A DNA stretch of 21,993 bases from Octopus sinensis (taxonomy: Eukaryota), in assembly GCF_006345805.1 (NCBI RefSeq), contig NW_021836887.1, positions 1-21,993 on the forward strand, written 5' to 3'. The notes beneath the pieces are model-generated. The model saw nothing but the letters and a program-made list of their open reading frames with translations, had not been told where the DNA came from and did no database searches. Positions within the stretch are counted from its first letter, which is position 1. Each line of letters begins with the position of its first letter. The translations under genes and the position numbers were made by a program. Shown here piece after piece: positions 1 through 9,774 of the stretch.

Positions 1-372
1 CTCCACCACTGTCACCACCGCCACCATCACTTACATAACATTACTGATGCTACTTCGTATTTCTTGCTCCATCTCTACCTCTTAATACTACCTTGACGTG
101 CGTTTTTTACGTGGTTACTACAAATACTAGAAATAACAGTCAAATTTCTACAACTCACAGCGTAATTGTCTTACAGATGAAACAGCACATTTAAACGATA
201 GTCAAACTAAGATATAGGTGGACGCAGTTGAAATGCTCATAACCAACGGTCTGCTTGTTCTAAACTGATGTATTGGAATGGAACAGAATGGAACTGAGGC
301 TGTGAAAGAGAAACGATTGAAAGGAGAACGTGAAGTAGAAAAGGGAAATAAAAGCAGAGCTCAGGAATATTC

Positions 373-406
<34 letters not shown>

Positions 407-417
<11 letters not shown>

Positions 418-856
418 AAGCTGAAGTTGTCTGTGTTTGTGTGTGTGTGTGTGTGTGGTGTGTGTGTGTAGCAGGTTTGGGTAGCCTTCAACTAACACTA
501 TCTCAAGTTGACCAAAATTGAGAGTATGATAGAAGAAGGCTTGCTCTTCTTTCTGTAGAAGAAAAAAATTCAAATCGGACCATGTTAAGACCAAAAATTA
601 TTTACATCAAAAAGGTGCATTTTTTCTATGAAAATCCTTATTTTTTACGATTTTTTTACTGCTGTGTCGCCATTTTTCGGTGTATTTCAACTAGAAAAAT
701 ATTCACTTAAAGAGAATAACAAGCTACATAATGCAAAATTTTTACTTTTCAAAAAAGATTGAAACTATGTCAAAACTTTGTTAACGCAACATCAAAGTCT
801 GCCGTTTTAAGCGCAACTAAAAAACAAACCCGAGCAACGCCAGGCTATACTGCTCG
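407..856 (+). mobile_element. Non-autonomous Helitron (decayed)
   Basis: Begins in (TA)n with TATATATATAAAGCTGAAGTTGTCTGTG plus (TG)n. Ends with CCCGAGCAACGCCAGG (829-844), a decayed CCCGGGCAACGCCGGG-type hairpin, then CTCG|T (853-857; canonical CTAG|T). The 5' TC is not preserved, so the start is approximate. Confidence 0.65.
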
Positions 857-904
857 TACAAATAAAACTGCTTCACCACAAATATCTGCTACGTTATTCA
901 TATA

Positions 905-1049
905 TCGACTTTATATTCTGTCGAGTTCGACTTTATATTCCGTTGAGGTCGACTTTACCTTTCATACTTTCGGGGTTTATAAGTTGAGTAATGTGGTCGA
1001 TCTAATCGACTTAACCCCACCCTTCAAATTTCAGTCCTTGTGCCTATAA
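905..1049 (+). mobile_element. tRNA-derived SINE family 1, 5'-truncated body and tail
   Basis: GAGGTCGACTTTACCTTTCATACTTTCGGGGT...GGTCGATCTAATCGACTTAACCCC matches the body of the full-length copy at 8478-8708. The tail variant (CCTTGTGCC) matches the 15717-15929 copy. Confidence 0.8.
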
Positions 1050-1051
1050 TA

Positions 1052-1440
1052 TTGGGTTGTCCGGTAAGTTCGTGCTGATTTATAGTAGCTTACCTTTCGA
1101 CTTATTTTAGAACATGTTTGAGTCCATAAAGTAGGATTTGACTACACCGCCATTTAGAGCACAGTTTAAGCTACTTTTTGGTGGAAGAAGGTTTATGTTC
1201 CTACAACCTGTGTTAATTCTGTAACCCTTTAAAATGGAAGATAAGAAAGTTCATTTTCGGCACTTGATGCTTTGGGAACCAGACAAAAATTGCTGCAGCC
1301 CGGCTGGGATGTGTTACCCCAGCCTACATATTCACCAGATATTGCTTCTTCGGATATCCACTTATTCAGGTCTCTGCATAATAGTCTTAATGGTAAAAAA
1401 ATTCAATTCCTTCGATGACGTAAAAAGATTCCTTGATGAA
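1052..1440 (+). pseudogene. Mariner (DD34D) transposon, internal-deletion derivative with 5' TIR; 3' TIR not found
   Basis: TA then TTGGGTTGTCCGGTAAGTTCGTGCTGATTT (mariner-type TIR). ATG at 1234 gives MEDKKVHFRHLML, like the mellifera-subfamily N-terminus MENQKEHFRHILL. It is joined directly to the C-terminal TRQKLLQPGWDVLPQPTYSPDIASSDIHLFRSLHNSLNGKK (YSPD motif), then a +1 frameshift in the A7 run (1395-1401) to FNSFDDVKRFLDE. Confidence 0.9.
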
Positions 1441-1864
1441 CGAAAAAATACTGTTTCTGAAATATATTCATTTTCAGCCTAAACTATGTAGTACAAACTC
1501 CTAAATTCTCCGAGGGTCCTATAGATTAGAATATATTTCAAAATATAATTAAACAGGTCAGCAGCAATTTGTTTTAACCTCTTAATACAGAGACTAAGAG
1601 CAACAGCCATGACACATTTTTGAAGGCAACCTACACAAGTGGAGGGAAAGGGACGAAGTTAACCGCATGCTGAAAACCCTGACTGAATGCTTACAACGCA
1701 ATGCGTTCCAATAAAGGCATCCAAGATGATGGTACTAAATCGGGTGATTGATTAAATCCACGAATCAAGAATCAGAACAAACAGGACCAGAACAAAAATC
1801 GCCAACCATATTGTGTTAAGCTCTCAAAGTTCCATTACTCTGCCACTCTAGACTGATATTCTAT

Positions 1865-1955
1865 TTTTTGATCCCAAACAGAAGAAAGACAGAGGTGATT
1901 GCGGAAGAATTTGAGTGTAGAGTACAGAAAGTCTAAACACTACATTAAGGCATTT
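1865..1955 (-). mobile_element. Highly decayed SINE family 1 fragment
   Basis: TTTGATCCCAAACAGAAGAAAGACAGAGGTGATTGCGGAAGAATTTGAG aligns loosely to TCGACCCCGAAAGGATGAAAGGCAAAGTCGACCTCGGCGGAATTTGAA. Confidence 0.4.
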
Positions 1956-2181
1956 TCTCCTTCGTCTAATGGTTCTTCCCAATTTTCATACACAATTATA
2001 TGACTAAAAACTGACTCATTTTCCTGTCGGATACACACATACAGATACTTAGGAGTTGTGAGTCAGTGTATGAATGTGTGTATTGTGCGTGTGTGTTTGG
2101 GGGAAGGTGTATACTGCCGGACAGAAAAACATAGACAGGTGTATATGTTTTTTTTAATATTTTACATATACACATTTTAGT

Positions 2182-2230
2182 GATAGATAGATAGATAGAC
2201 AGCTAGCTAGCTGGATAAATAGATAGATAA

Positions 2231-2317
<87 letters not shown>

Positions 2318-2320
2318 TAG
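2182..2320. repeat. (GATA)n microsatellite
   Basis: Long, nearly pure GATA run with short GCTA and TAAA interruptions. Confidence 0.95.
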
Positions 2321-4439
2321 AGATGTTAAAGATAAATGCTAGACATTTCACGGGTAACACCCTAGTTTATTTTAACTCACAAGTTGATATTTCTTATAAT
2401 TCACGTCTCACTATTTTATCATATAAGTAATAATAAAGTAAGCTGTTACCATGATGTGAAGTCTACTTTATACATATTCTCAATATTCCCAACTATCTAT
2501 TAATCCTTTTCTGTGTAATACACAGCTATTCCGAGCGTTAGAAATTTAAGTAAGCTTAGAACTGCGATATAAGCCGCCAAAATATATACCTATAGTTAAT
2601 TACATTTTTGCTTGGTTTAAAAGTTCTTAAGGGCGAGGAGTTTAACGTAGATAAGAAAGAAGGAATCTTCGAAAGATGGAGAAATGTGTCTTGTAAAGCC
2701 GGAACCGTGGAGAAATGTGTCTTGTAAAACTGTGGAAACATTAAGAGTCACAAAGTGGTTTCCATAAGGCGCTTAAAGAAACGCTTTTACGAATATATCA
2801 GCTCCAACTTCTTACTAAGCAAGCGGATTTAAATTTCCACGAAAGATAAGAACGAGCCAGAGCTTCCTGTATAAAAGAAGAAATCTCTGTTTTCTGCTGT
2901 ATTGAGATGAGTGCTCATTACGCAGGTTGTAATCTCAACATAACTGCACATTATCGTTTTGTCTAATGACTATTATACATACTTAGATATGTGTTTCCTC
3001 CATAAGATAATACGATGTTGAGATGTACATGCATAACCTAAAAGTACCAGTAATACAAATAAATTTTATCAATAACCAAAATTGGATCCTAATTTTAATT
3101 TAATGAGGGATAAAACTAACCCTCATTATTCACAATGGACACAGTAGCTAATACACAGTGAGAGATTTCACAAACAACTCAACACCTTGTATGTATAAGG
3201 CCAATGTTGAGGCTGTTATACATGATCCAAAATTAACTTTAATCACTGCATATTCATCCTATTACTAACCTGAACTTGCTCCTGGCTTCACTAACTGAAA
3301 ACTTAGTACTGTATATTTATTTTAGCTACCCCAAAAGAAGAGCGCAACCCCAAACTTGAAGCCAATGAGATTTGAACGAAGAAACTAAAGAAACGTAATT
3401 CTATACAGAAAGGCTTTTTTTCCACCATGCAACCGAATCTATCACCCAATACCCCTTGCATAACAAATTCCGTTATTTTGCCTATCAGAGACTATTCCTA
3501 ATTCAACAACGTGATAAGAAATGTGTAACAAATCAGTGTGAAAATGCTTAAACAGATTTACACTTTAATTATGAGGTGCAAAGAAAAAGTCATTAGATAA
3601 TAGGTAAATGAGTAATAACATTTATTCAAGATCGCTTACATAATATATTTACTTAATTAAATGCAATATAAATCTACACATTGAATTTTAAAAAATGAAT
3701 GATGAACCGGCTCTTAGATTTCATTAGCGCAAAGCCTCTTTCTGTCCGTTATACTTCATATCCAAGTACAGAAGTCCAAGATCAAAGCAGATGCGTTGGG
3801 TAAGAAACAGTCCACACTCTTCTGTTGGTTAAGCTAATACAAAGTATAGCGCTGTAAGGCGGTCTTTACTAGCACTCACTCTTTCTCTTACGCTCTCTTC
3901 TTAATCGTAGCTATCTTCCTAGTAAGCATTTTATTTACTTCTAAATCTTACAATTCATTCTAGTCGTCCATTAGTGACTCACTGGCTATTTAAAACACTG
4001 CAAACTTCATACATTTCCAAGAGGAGATGGGTTTTCCTTACTAAGCTCTGCTCATCTTTTGTTGACTGCATCGTTTATTTTCTTCTTGAGTGTCTCAGCC
4101 ACTCCCATTCATCGTTCATACCTTTGTCAATGTCCCCAAACGAAGGAATGAGCTAGTGTTGGTAGCTATAAAGGGAAACCTATCATTCGGTTTCTACCAT
4201 TAAAACGAAAGCATTTATATCGCTATCCTTAAAGTCTCAACCAGTAAAGAGACTGATAGAGCTTTGGAAACGAATTTTCGAATATAAATTTTAGGGAGAT
4301 TAGCAATAACAGCGATGATGAAGGTGATAATGCTTCGGTGATGGTGGGGTGATGAAGATGACAACTATGAAACTAATAATATGAATGTCATTTCTTTATG
4401 CATAGAAAAAAGGCAACAAAAATTGAGAGGAGAAACTAG

Positions 4440-4545
4440 TCGATTACTTCAACGCCAGTACTTAAATGGTAGTTTATTTTGATCGACCCCAAAATAATGA
4501 AAGCAAAGTTGACCTCGACAAGGCCTGAGTACAGAACGTAAAGAG
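4440..4545 (-). mobile_element. SINE family 1 fragment (decayed)
   Basis: GATCGACCCCAAAATAATGAAAGCAAAGTTGACCTCGAC...CAGAACGTAAAG is homologous to the array units at 13800-14633. Confidence 0.7.
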
Positions 4546-4751
4546 TTTAAAGAAGTACCACTACTATAGTTAATAATTGTTTCTATATTATTGCCACAAG
4601 GTATTTAGAAAAGAGGACATTAGAAGGACCAGTTTTGAAGTAATGAAGTAGTATTGGACCTTTTATTAACATTATAAAAATATTTCAGTAATGATTTTAA
4701 TAACATCCAGGAGACAAAGAAGGAAATGAAGATAAAGTAGTAGAATAATAA

Positions 4752-4948
4752 CCCTTCCTACTATAGGTACAAGGTCTGAAATTTTGTGGCGAGGGTCTAT
4801 TCCATTACATCGACGCCAGTGCGCCACTCGTACTTATTTTATCGACCTCGAAAGAAAAATATGGCCGCGGCGGAATTTTGAACTCAGAACGTAAAGACGA
4901 GCGAAATGCCGCAAAGCATTTTGACCGGCGTTGCTAACTATTCTGCCA
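4752..4948 (-). mobile_element. SINE family 1, near full length
   Basis: The minus strand carries an A-box-like TGGCAGAATAGTTAGC, a B-box GAGTTCAAAATTCC, the body (TCGATAAAATAAGTAC...CTGGCGTCGATGTAATG) and a CCTTGTACCTATAG tail. Confidence 0.8.
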
Positions 4949-4964
4949 AGAATGTGATATTGCT

Positions 4965-5285
4965 GGTAGTGGTGGTGGTGGTGGTGGTGCTGGTGGTGCT
5001 GGTGGTGGTGGTTGTGGTTGTGGTGGTGGTGGTTGTGGTGGTGGTTGTGGTGGTGGTTGTGGTGGTGGTTGTGGTGGTGGTTGTGATTGTGGTGATTGTG
5101 GTGGTGGTTGTGGTGGTCGTGGTCGTGGTGACGACGACGACGACAACGATGATGATGATGAGGAGGAGGAGGAGAAGGAGGAAAATAAGGACGAAAACAA
5201 CAATAACGGTGGTGACGATGACAATGACAAAGACGACGACGATGATGATAATGATGATGATAAGGACGACTACAACGACGATGTG
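4965..5285. repeat. Compound trinucleotide repeat (GGT/GTT)n, then (GAC/GAT/GAG)n
   Basis: Direct reading; explains the poly-V/H/P ORFs at 4834-5304. Confidence 0.95.
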
Positions 5286-5494
5286 AAACTAAAATGGTAG
5301 ACATTCACTAGAAATAAAACAGCAACAAGAAATTCAGTTGAGTTCGATCACTGCTCACGTCGCATTATATCTCCAGATTTTAAAAGAGAAATTATAAAGA
5401 TAAACCTTAACAAAAAATCACAAGCAAAAGTTTTCAAAATGTCATTGTGCTACACGGCAAAAACCACAGAGGAAGCAGCATCGAAAGCACCCCC

Positions 5495-5900
5495 TACCAC
5501 CACCACCACCACCACCACCACCACACACCACCACCACCACCACCACCACAACCACCGCTACCACCACAACCACCACCACAACCACCACCACAACACCACC
5601 ACAACCACCACCACAACCACCACAACCACCACAACCACCACCACAACCACCACCACAACCACCACCACCACAACCACCGCTACCACCACCACAACCACCA
5701 CCACAACCACCACCACAACCACCACAACCACCACAACCACCACCACAACCACCACAACCACCACAACCACCACCACAACCACCACTACCACCACCACAAA
5801 CACCACCACAACCACCACCACAACCACCAAAATCACCACCACCACCACCACCACCACCAACACTACCACCTCCATCATCATTATCATCATAGTCATCGTC
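5495..5900. repeat. Compound (CAC/CAA)n repeat with 9/12-bp ACCACCACA(ACC) periodicity
   Basis: Direct reading; explains the poly-T/H/G/V ORFs at 5439-6053. Confidence 0.95.
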
Positions 5901-6114
5901 GATAAAACCAATAAAATTTATAATGAAAATATTTAGAGGAGATGGAAGGGGGCGGGGATGTACAGTAACATTGAAAATAATAGGATGAGGAGGTCGAGGG
6001 CGATGATCGGGAAAAGCAAACTCAGTAATACAATCATAAAAAAAACAACTCAACTAGCAATATAACAATAACAACAATAATAATATTTATTATCAGCAGC
6101 AGCAGCAGCAAATT

Positions 6115-6178
6115 CATCGTCATCACTACCATCGTCGTCATCGCTATCCATCCGCCTCGTCATCATCACCACCACCAA

Positions 6179-6228
<50 letters not shown>

Positions 6229-6335
6229 CCATCTTCACCATGACCATCATCATTTTCGTCGCCGTCTTCGCCGTCGACATCATTGCCGTTGTCGTTGTCG
6301 TCGTCATCGTCATCATCATCATCATCATCATCGTC

Positions 6336-6367
<32 letters not shown>

Positions 6368-6748
6368 CACCATCATCACAATCATCATCATCACCATCAT
6401 CACCATCTTCACCATGACCATCATCATCCTCGTCGCCGTCTTCGCCGTCGACATCATTGCCATTGTCGTTGTCGTCGTCGTCCTCGTCATCATCATCATC
6501 ATTGTCATCGTCATCATCATCATCATCATCATCGTCATCATCATCATCATCATCATCATCATCACCATCTTCACCATGACCATCATCATCCTCGTCGCCG
6601 TCTTCGCCGTCGACATCATTGCCGTTGTCGTCGTCGTCATCGTCATTATCATCATCATCATCATCATCATCATCACCACCATCTTCATCATCACCATCTT
6701 CATCATCACCATCTTCATCATCCTCGTCATCGTCATCATCATCATCAT
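6115..6748. repeat. (CAT/CGT)n decayed microsatellite containing a 3-copy higher-order repeat of 162-174 bp
   Basis: The core ATCTTCACCATGACCATCATCAT(C/T)(C/T)TCGTCGCCGTCTTCGCCGTCGACATCATTGCC starts at 6231, 6405 and 6567. Confidence 0.9.
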
Positions 6749-6881
6749 TAGTGGAAGCACAGTAAGATTCAATTCATATCTAAAGTAAAAAAAAATACGT
6801 GAATAACAGCCAAAAACAAAATGAAAGATACATGAAAAACAGAGGAAGACGAAAGTAGTGACTGGAAAATCATTGGAAAAA

Positions 6882-6950
<69 letters not shown>
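6882..6950. repeat. (AGT)n microsatellite
   Basis: Pure TAG/AGT run. Confidence 0.95.
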
Positions 6951-7149
6951 CAAGAGTGGTGATGGTGGCAGTGAGGTTGGGGTGGCGATGATGGCAGTGG
7001 TGGTCGTGATAAAACAATTGAAAATATTGTTCAATCGACAAGTGACATATTTATTTATTGGCAGCAGTAGCAGTGGAGGAGTGGCAGGAGGAGTGGCTGT
7101 ATAAGGAGGAGAAAGAGGAGGTGGATGAAGACCGATATGGGGAGGGGTT

Positions 7150-7322
7150 TAGAAGAAGGTGAAGAAAAAAGGAAAGAAGAAGGAATAGAAGAAGGTGAAG
7201 AAGAAGAAGAAGAAGAAGAAGAAGAAGAAGAAGAAGAAATAGAAGAAGGTGAAGAAGAAGGTGAAGAAGAATGTGAAGAAGAGAAGAAGTAAAACAAGAA
7301 GAAGAAGAAGAAGAAGAAGAAA
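7150..7322. repeat. (GAA)n-rich purine tract
   Basis: GAA runs with a recurrent GAAGAAGGTGAAGAA motif. Confidence 0.9.
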
Positions 7323-7656
7323 TGAAAATTCTCATGATGACGACGACAACGGCGATGATGACAACCAACCACAGAATGAGAACAATGGAATCAACAATAA
7401 ATAAGAAAAAGACTATGTGCATGCAAATATATATACATACATATATATGTATATACACTCACATACAAACACATATGCTCATGATATATAACTATACATA
7501 AATATTTAACTAATTCATCAAATAAATTATCGTGTAGTTAAACTGATTAGATATATAATCAACGGGCTATTATTAAGGGTGTAATGACCCACCCATGACA
7601 CAACAAAATGTACATAGGTGCATACATGCATATATCTATCTATCTATATCTGTCTA

Positions 7657-7937
7657 ACAGGCCCTGCCCTATTTAACATTGTCCCGAGGGAGATCAAAGA
7701 GGAAAAGGATCCCATCAACTTTAAACAGAGTCTGGATAGATTCCTTCAAAGAATACCAGATACGCCACCCATAATTGGATACAACTCACCCAACAAGAAC
7801 TCACTACTTGAACAAAACTTGACTTAAACAAAACTTGACTTAAACAGGATTCGAATAATCCTATCAGGTGGTGCTATTAAGTTAGACATGACCTGGACCA
7901 ATCTTTGGTCGAAACATATCTAAGTTTATCTAAGTTT
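7657..7937 (+). mobile_element. 5'-truncated CR1-clade LINE: ORF2 C-terminus, 3' UTR and tandem tail
   Basis: GPALFNIVPREIKEEKDPINFKQSLDRFLQRIPDTPPIIGY...NSL resembles the conserved post-RT C-terminus of CR1/L2-clade ORF2 (G..LFN.LP......FK..LD.FL..IPD.P...GY). A 3' stem-loop GACCAA-TCT-TTGGTC is followed by a (TATCTAAGTT)x2 tail at 7917-7936. Confidence 0.85.
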
Positions 7938-8124
7938 ACATATGTGTGTGTGTGTGTGTGCGCGTGTAAGAAAGTAAGAAAAGGGATGACTTTGAACAAA
8001 ATATTATCTTACGAAATTCATTAACAGCTGTTTCCACTATAGGATGCGGTGAACTCATGTTTGAGTGCTTGAGTAATACCTTATAACTCATAGTTTCCTC
8101 ACAGCCTCAAAGTATTCGGGTATC

Positions 8125-8470
8125 TTGGACTTTTTTCAGGTATTGGACTGCAGAATACAGGGGCTTCACCAATAAAGTTTTATTTTCGCACATATCGACC
8201 CTAGTACTTATTTCAATCTTTACCTTAATCCAGGTATGTATTACGTTCGACACTTTTGCCCAACCGCCAAGTTACGGGAACGTAAACACAGCAACAATGG
8301 TTATGAACCGGTGGAGGATGACAAGCTCAAACACAGACACACGCTAAGATTCACTTTCACGCACCACACACATACACACACGCTCACACATACAGACGCA
8401 CAACACACACATACGTATGTATATATACGGAGGACTTTTTACAGTTCGTGTCTATCAAAATCAGATATAC
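8125..8470 (-). mobile_element. tRNA-derived SINE family 2, middle and 3' part (decayed, with internal CA/TA microsatellite)
   Basis: Minus strand reads GATTTTGATAGACACGAACTGTAAAAAGTCCTCCGTATATAT...GTGTTTACGTTCCCGTAACTTGGCGGTTGGGCAAAAG...GCAGTCCAATACCTGAAAAAAG. This is homologous to 13650-13770 and 21930-21980. Confidence 0.7.
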
Positions 8471-8477
8471 ATATAGA

Positions 8478-8708
8478 GGCGGTGAGCTGGCAGAAACGCT
8501 AGCACGCCGGGCGAAATGCTTACTAGTATTTCGTCTGCCGTTACGTTCAGAGTTCAAATTCCGCCTAGATCGACTTTCCCTTTCATCCTTTAGGGGTCGA
8601 TAAATTAAGTACCAGTTACGCACTGGAGTAGATGTAATCGACTTAATCCCTTTGTCTGTCCTTGCTTGTCCCCTCAGTGTTTAGCCCCTTGTGGGCAGTA
8701 AGGAAATA
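8478..8708 (+). mobile_element. SINE family 1, full-length monomer (octopus OK/OR-type tRNA SINE; exact family not assigned)
   Basis: Starts GGCGGTGAGCTGGCAGAAACGCTAGC (Pol III A box) and has B box GAGTTCAAATTCC, the conserved body CCTTTCATCCTTTAGGGGTCGATAAATTAAGTACC and tail CCCCTTGTGGGCAGTAAGGAAATA running into (TA)n. Confidence 0.9.
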
Positions 8709-8723
8709 TATATATATACAAAC

Positions 8724-8778
<55 letters not shown>

Positions 8779-8779
8779 T

Positions 8780-9055
8780 TCTTGCTTGTATTTGTAATTG
8801 TGTAACATCTCTGTTTTTGCATTTGTTGTCGTACACATTTGCTTGCTTTCTTTCAAGACCTTTAATGCTTTTAGCTTAGATTTTCTCGAGTGTAACTACC
8901 CGAAACTGTAAAGATGATTTGGTAACTTGACTGACGAGAGGTGGCTGAGAATGACTCGTCCTTGTTTTTTGCTATCCGTCTCGCATCGTCTATCTGCCTC
9001 GATATTTTGCTGTCGTCCGTTGCGTTCGTGTTCCATTTGTGAATTCTTCCCCTAT
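8780..9055 (+). mobile_element. Probable Penelope-like element terminal remnant with decayed hammerhead
   Basis: Flanked on both sides by (TA)n and ends CCCCTATATA. Contains TTTTCTCGA-GTGT-AACT-ACCC-GAAACTGTA-AAGA (8881-8914), a hammerhead-like stem II plus GAAAC with a broken CUGANGA. Confidence 0.4.
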
Positions 9056-9061
9056 ATATAT

Positions 9062-9095
<34 letters not shown>

Positions 9096-9096
9096 G

Positions 9097-9136
<40 letters not shown>

Positions 9137-9180
9137 CTATGCGTGTGTATGCATGTTCTATCTATCTATCTATCTATCTA

Positions 9181-9246
<66 letters not shown>

Positions 9247-9720
9247 ATAGTTTATATTTATATAAAAGAAAAAAAAAAATAGAGATTGTGAAGTTAATAA
9301 TTGTATATTAACAACATCAAATCAACCATTATGCCTTACAGCTGTTTCAATTAATATTCAGTTAATATTAAGTAAATATTACGTCTACATCACCTGAACA
9401 TAATATCTTCAGTCTGCTATAATGAATTCATAAATGCATATAAAACATCCAAGGGTATATTTTTTACCCTTCTGAATATATTACGCTCAGGTCATATAAA
9501 TTTAATATTTACGTAATATTCACTTAGTATTAATTGAAACAGATGTAAGGGCTGATGATTAATTTGTTGTTAATGATAAACAGTTATGAAACTTCCCAAT
9601 CTCGATTTTCTTTTTCTTCTTTTCTATGAATATAAAGTACATGGTTTTTTTTTACATATATATATAATACCTATTATATCGACGATATATATGTGATATA
9701 TATATATATATATATATATA

Positions 9721-9759
<39 letters not shown>

Positions 9760-9774
9760 ATATATATATATATT

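Noticed and set aside
6050-6790. Good minus-strand acceptor (TTTTTTACTTTAG at about 6781) leading into the CAT/GAT tract
   Set aside because: The only open frame after it is the poly-Met frame; the Asp-rich frame hits TGA immediately.
4834-7458. Long ORFs of 98-240 aa rich in V, T, H, G, M, I, P or S
   Set aside because: They are translations of trinucleotide microsatellites, open in several frames on both strands at once, with no credible start or splice context.
7885-7916. GACCAA-TCT-TTGGTC-GAAAC looks like hammerhead stem II plus GAAAC
   Set aside because: No CUGANGA core upstream (ACATGACCTG) and no stem I or III. It is better explained as the CR1 3' recognition hairpin.
8930-8972. CTGACGAG...CTCGTC hairpin
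   Set aside because: Has a hammerhead-like CUGACGA but no GAAA after a paired stem II, and a type II arrangement with the upstream GAAAC does not pair.
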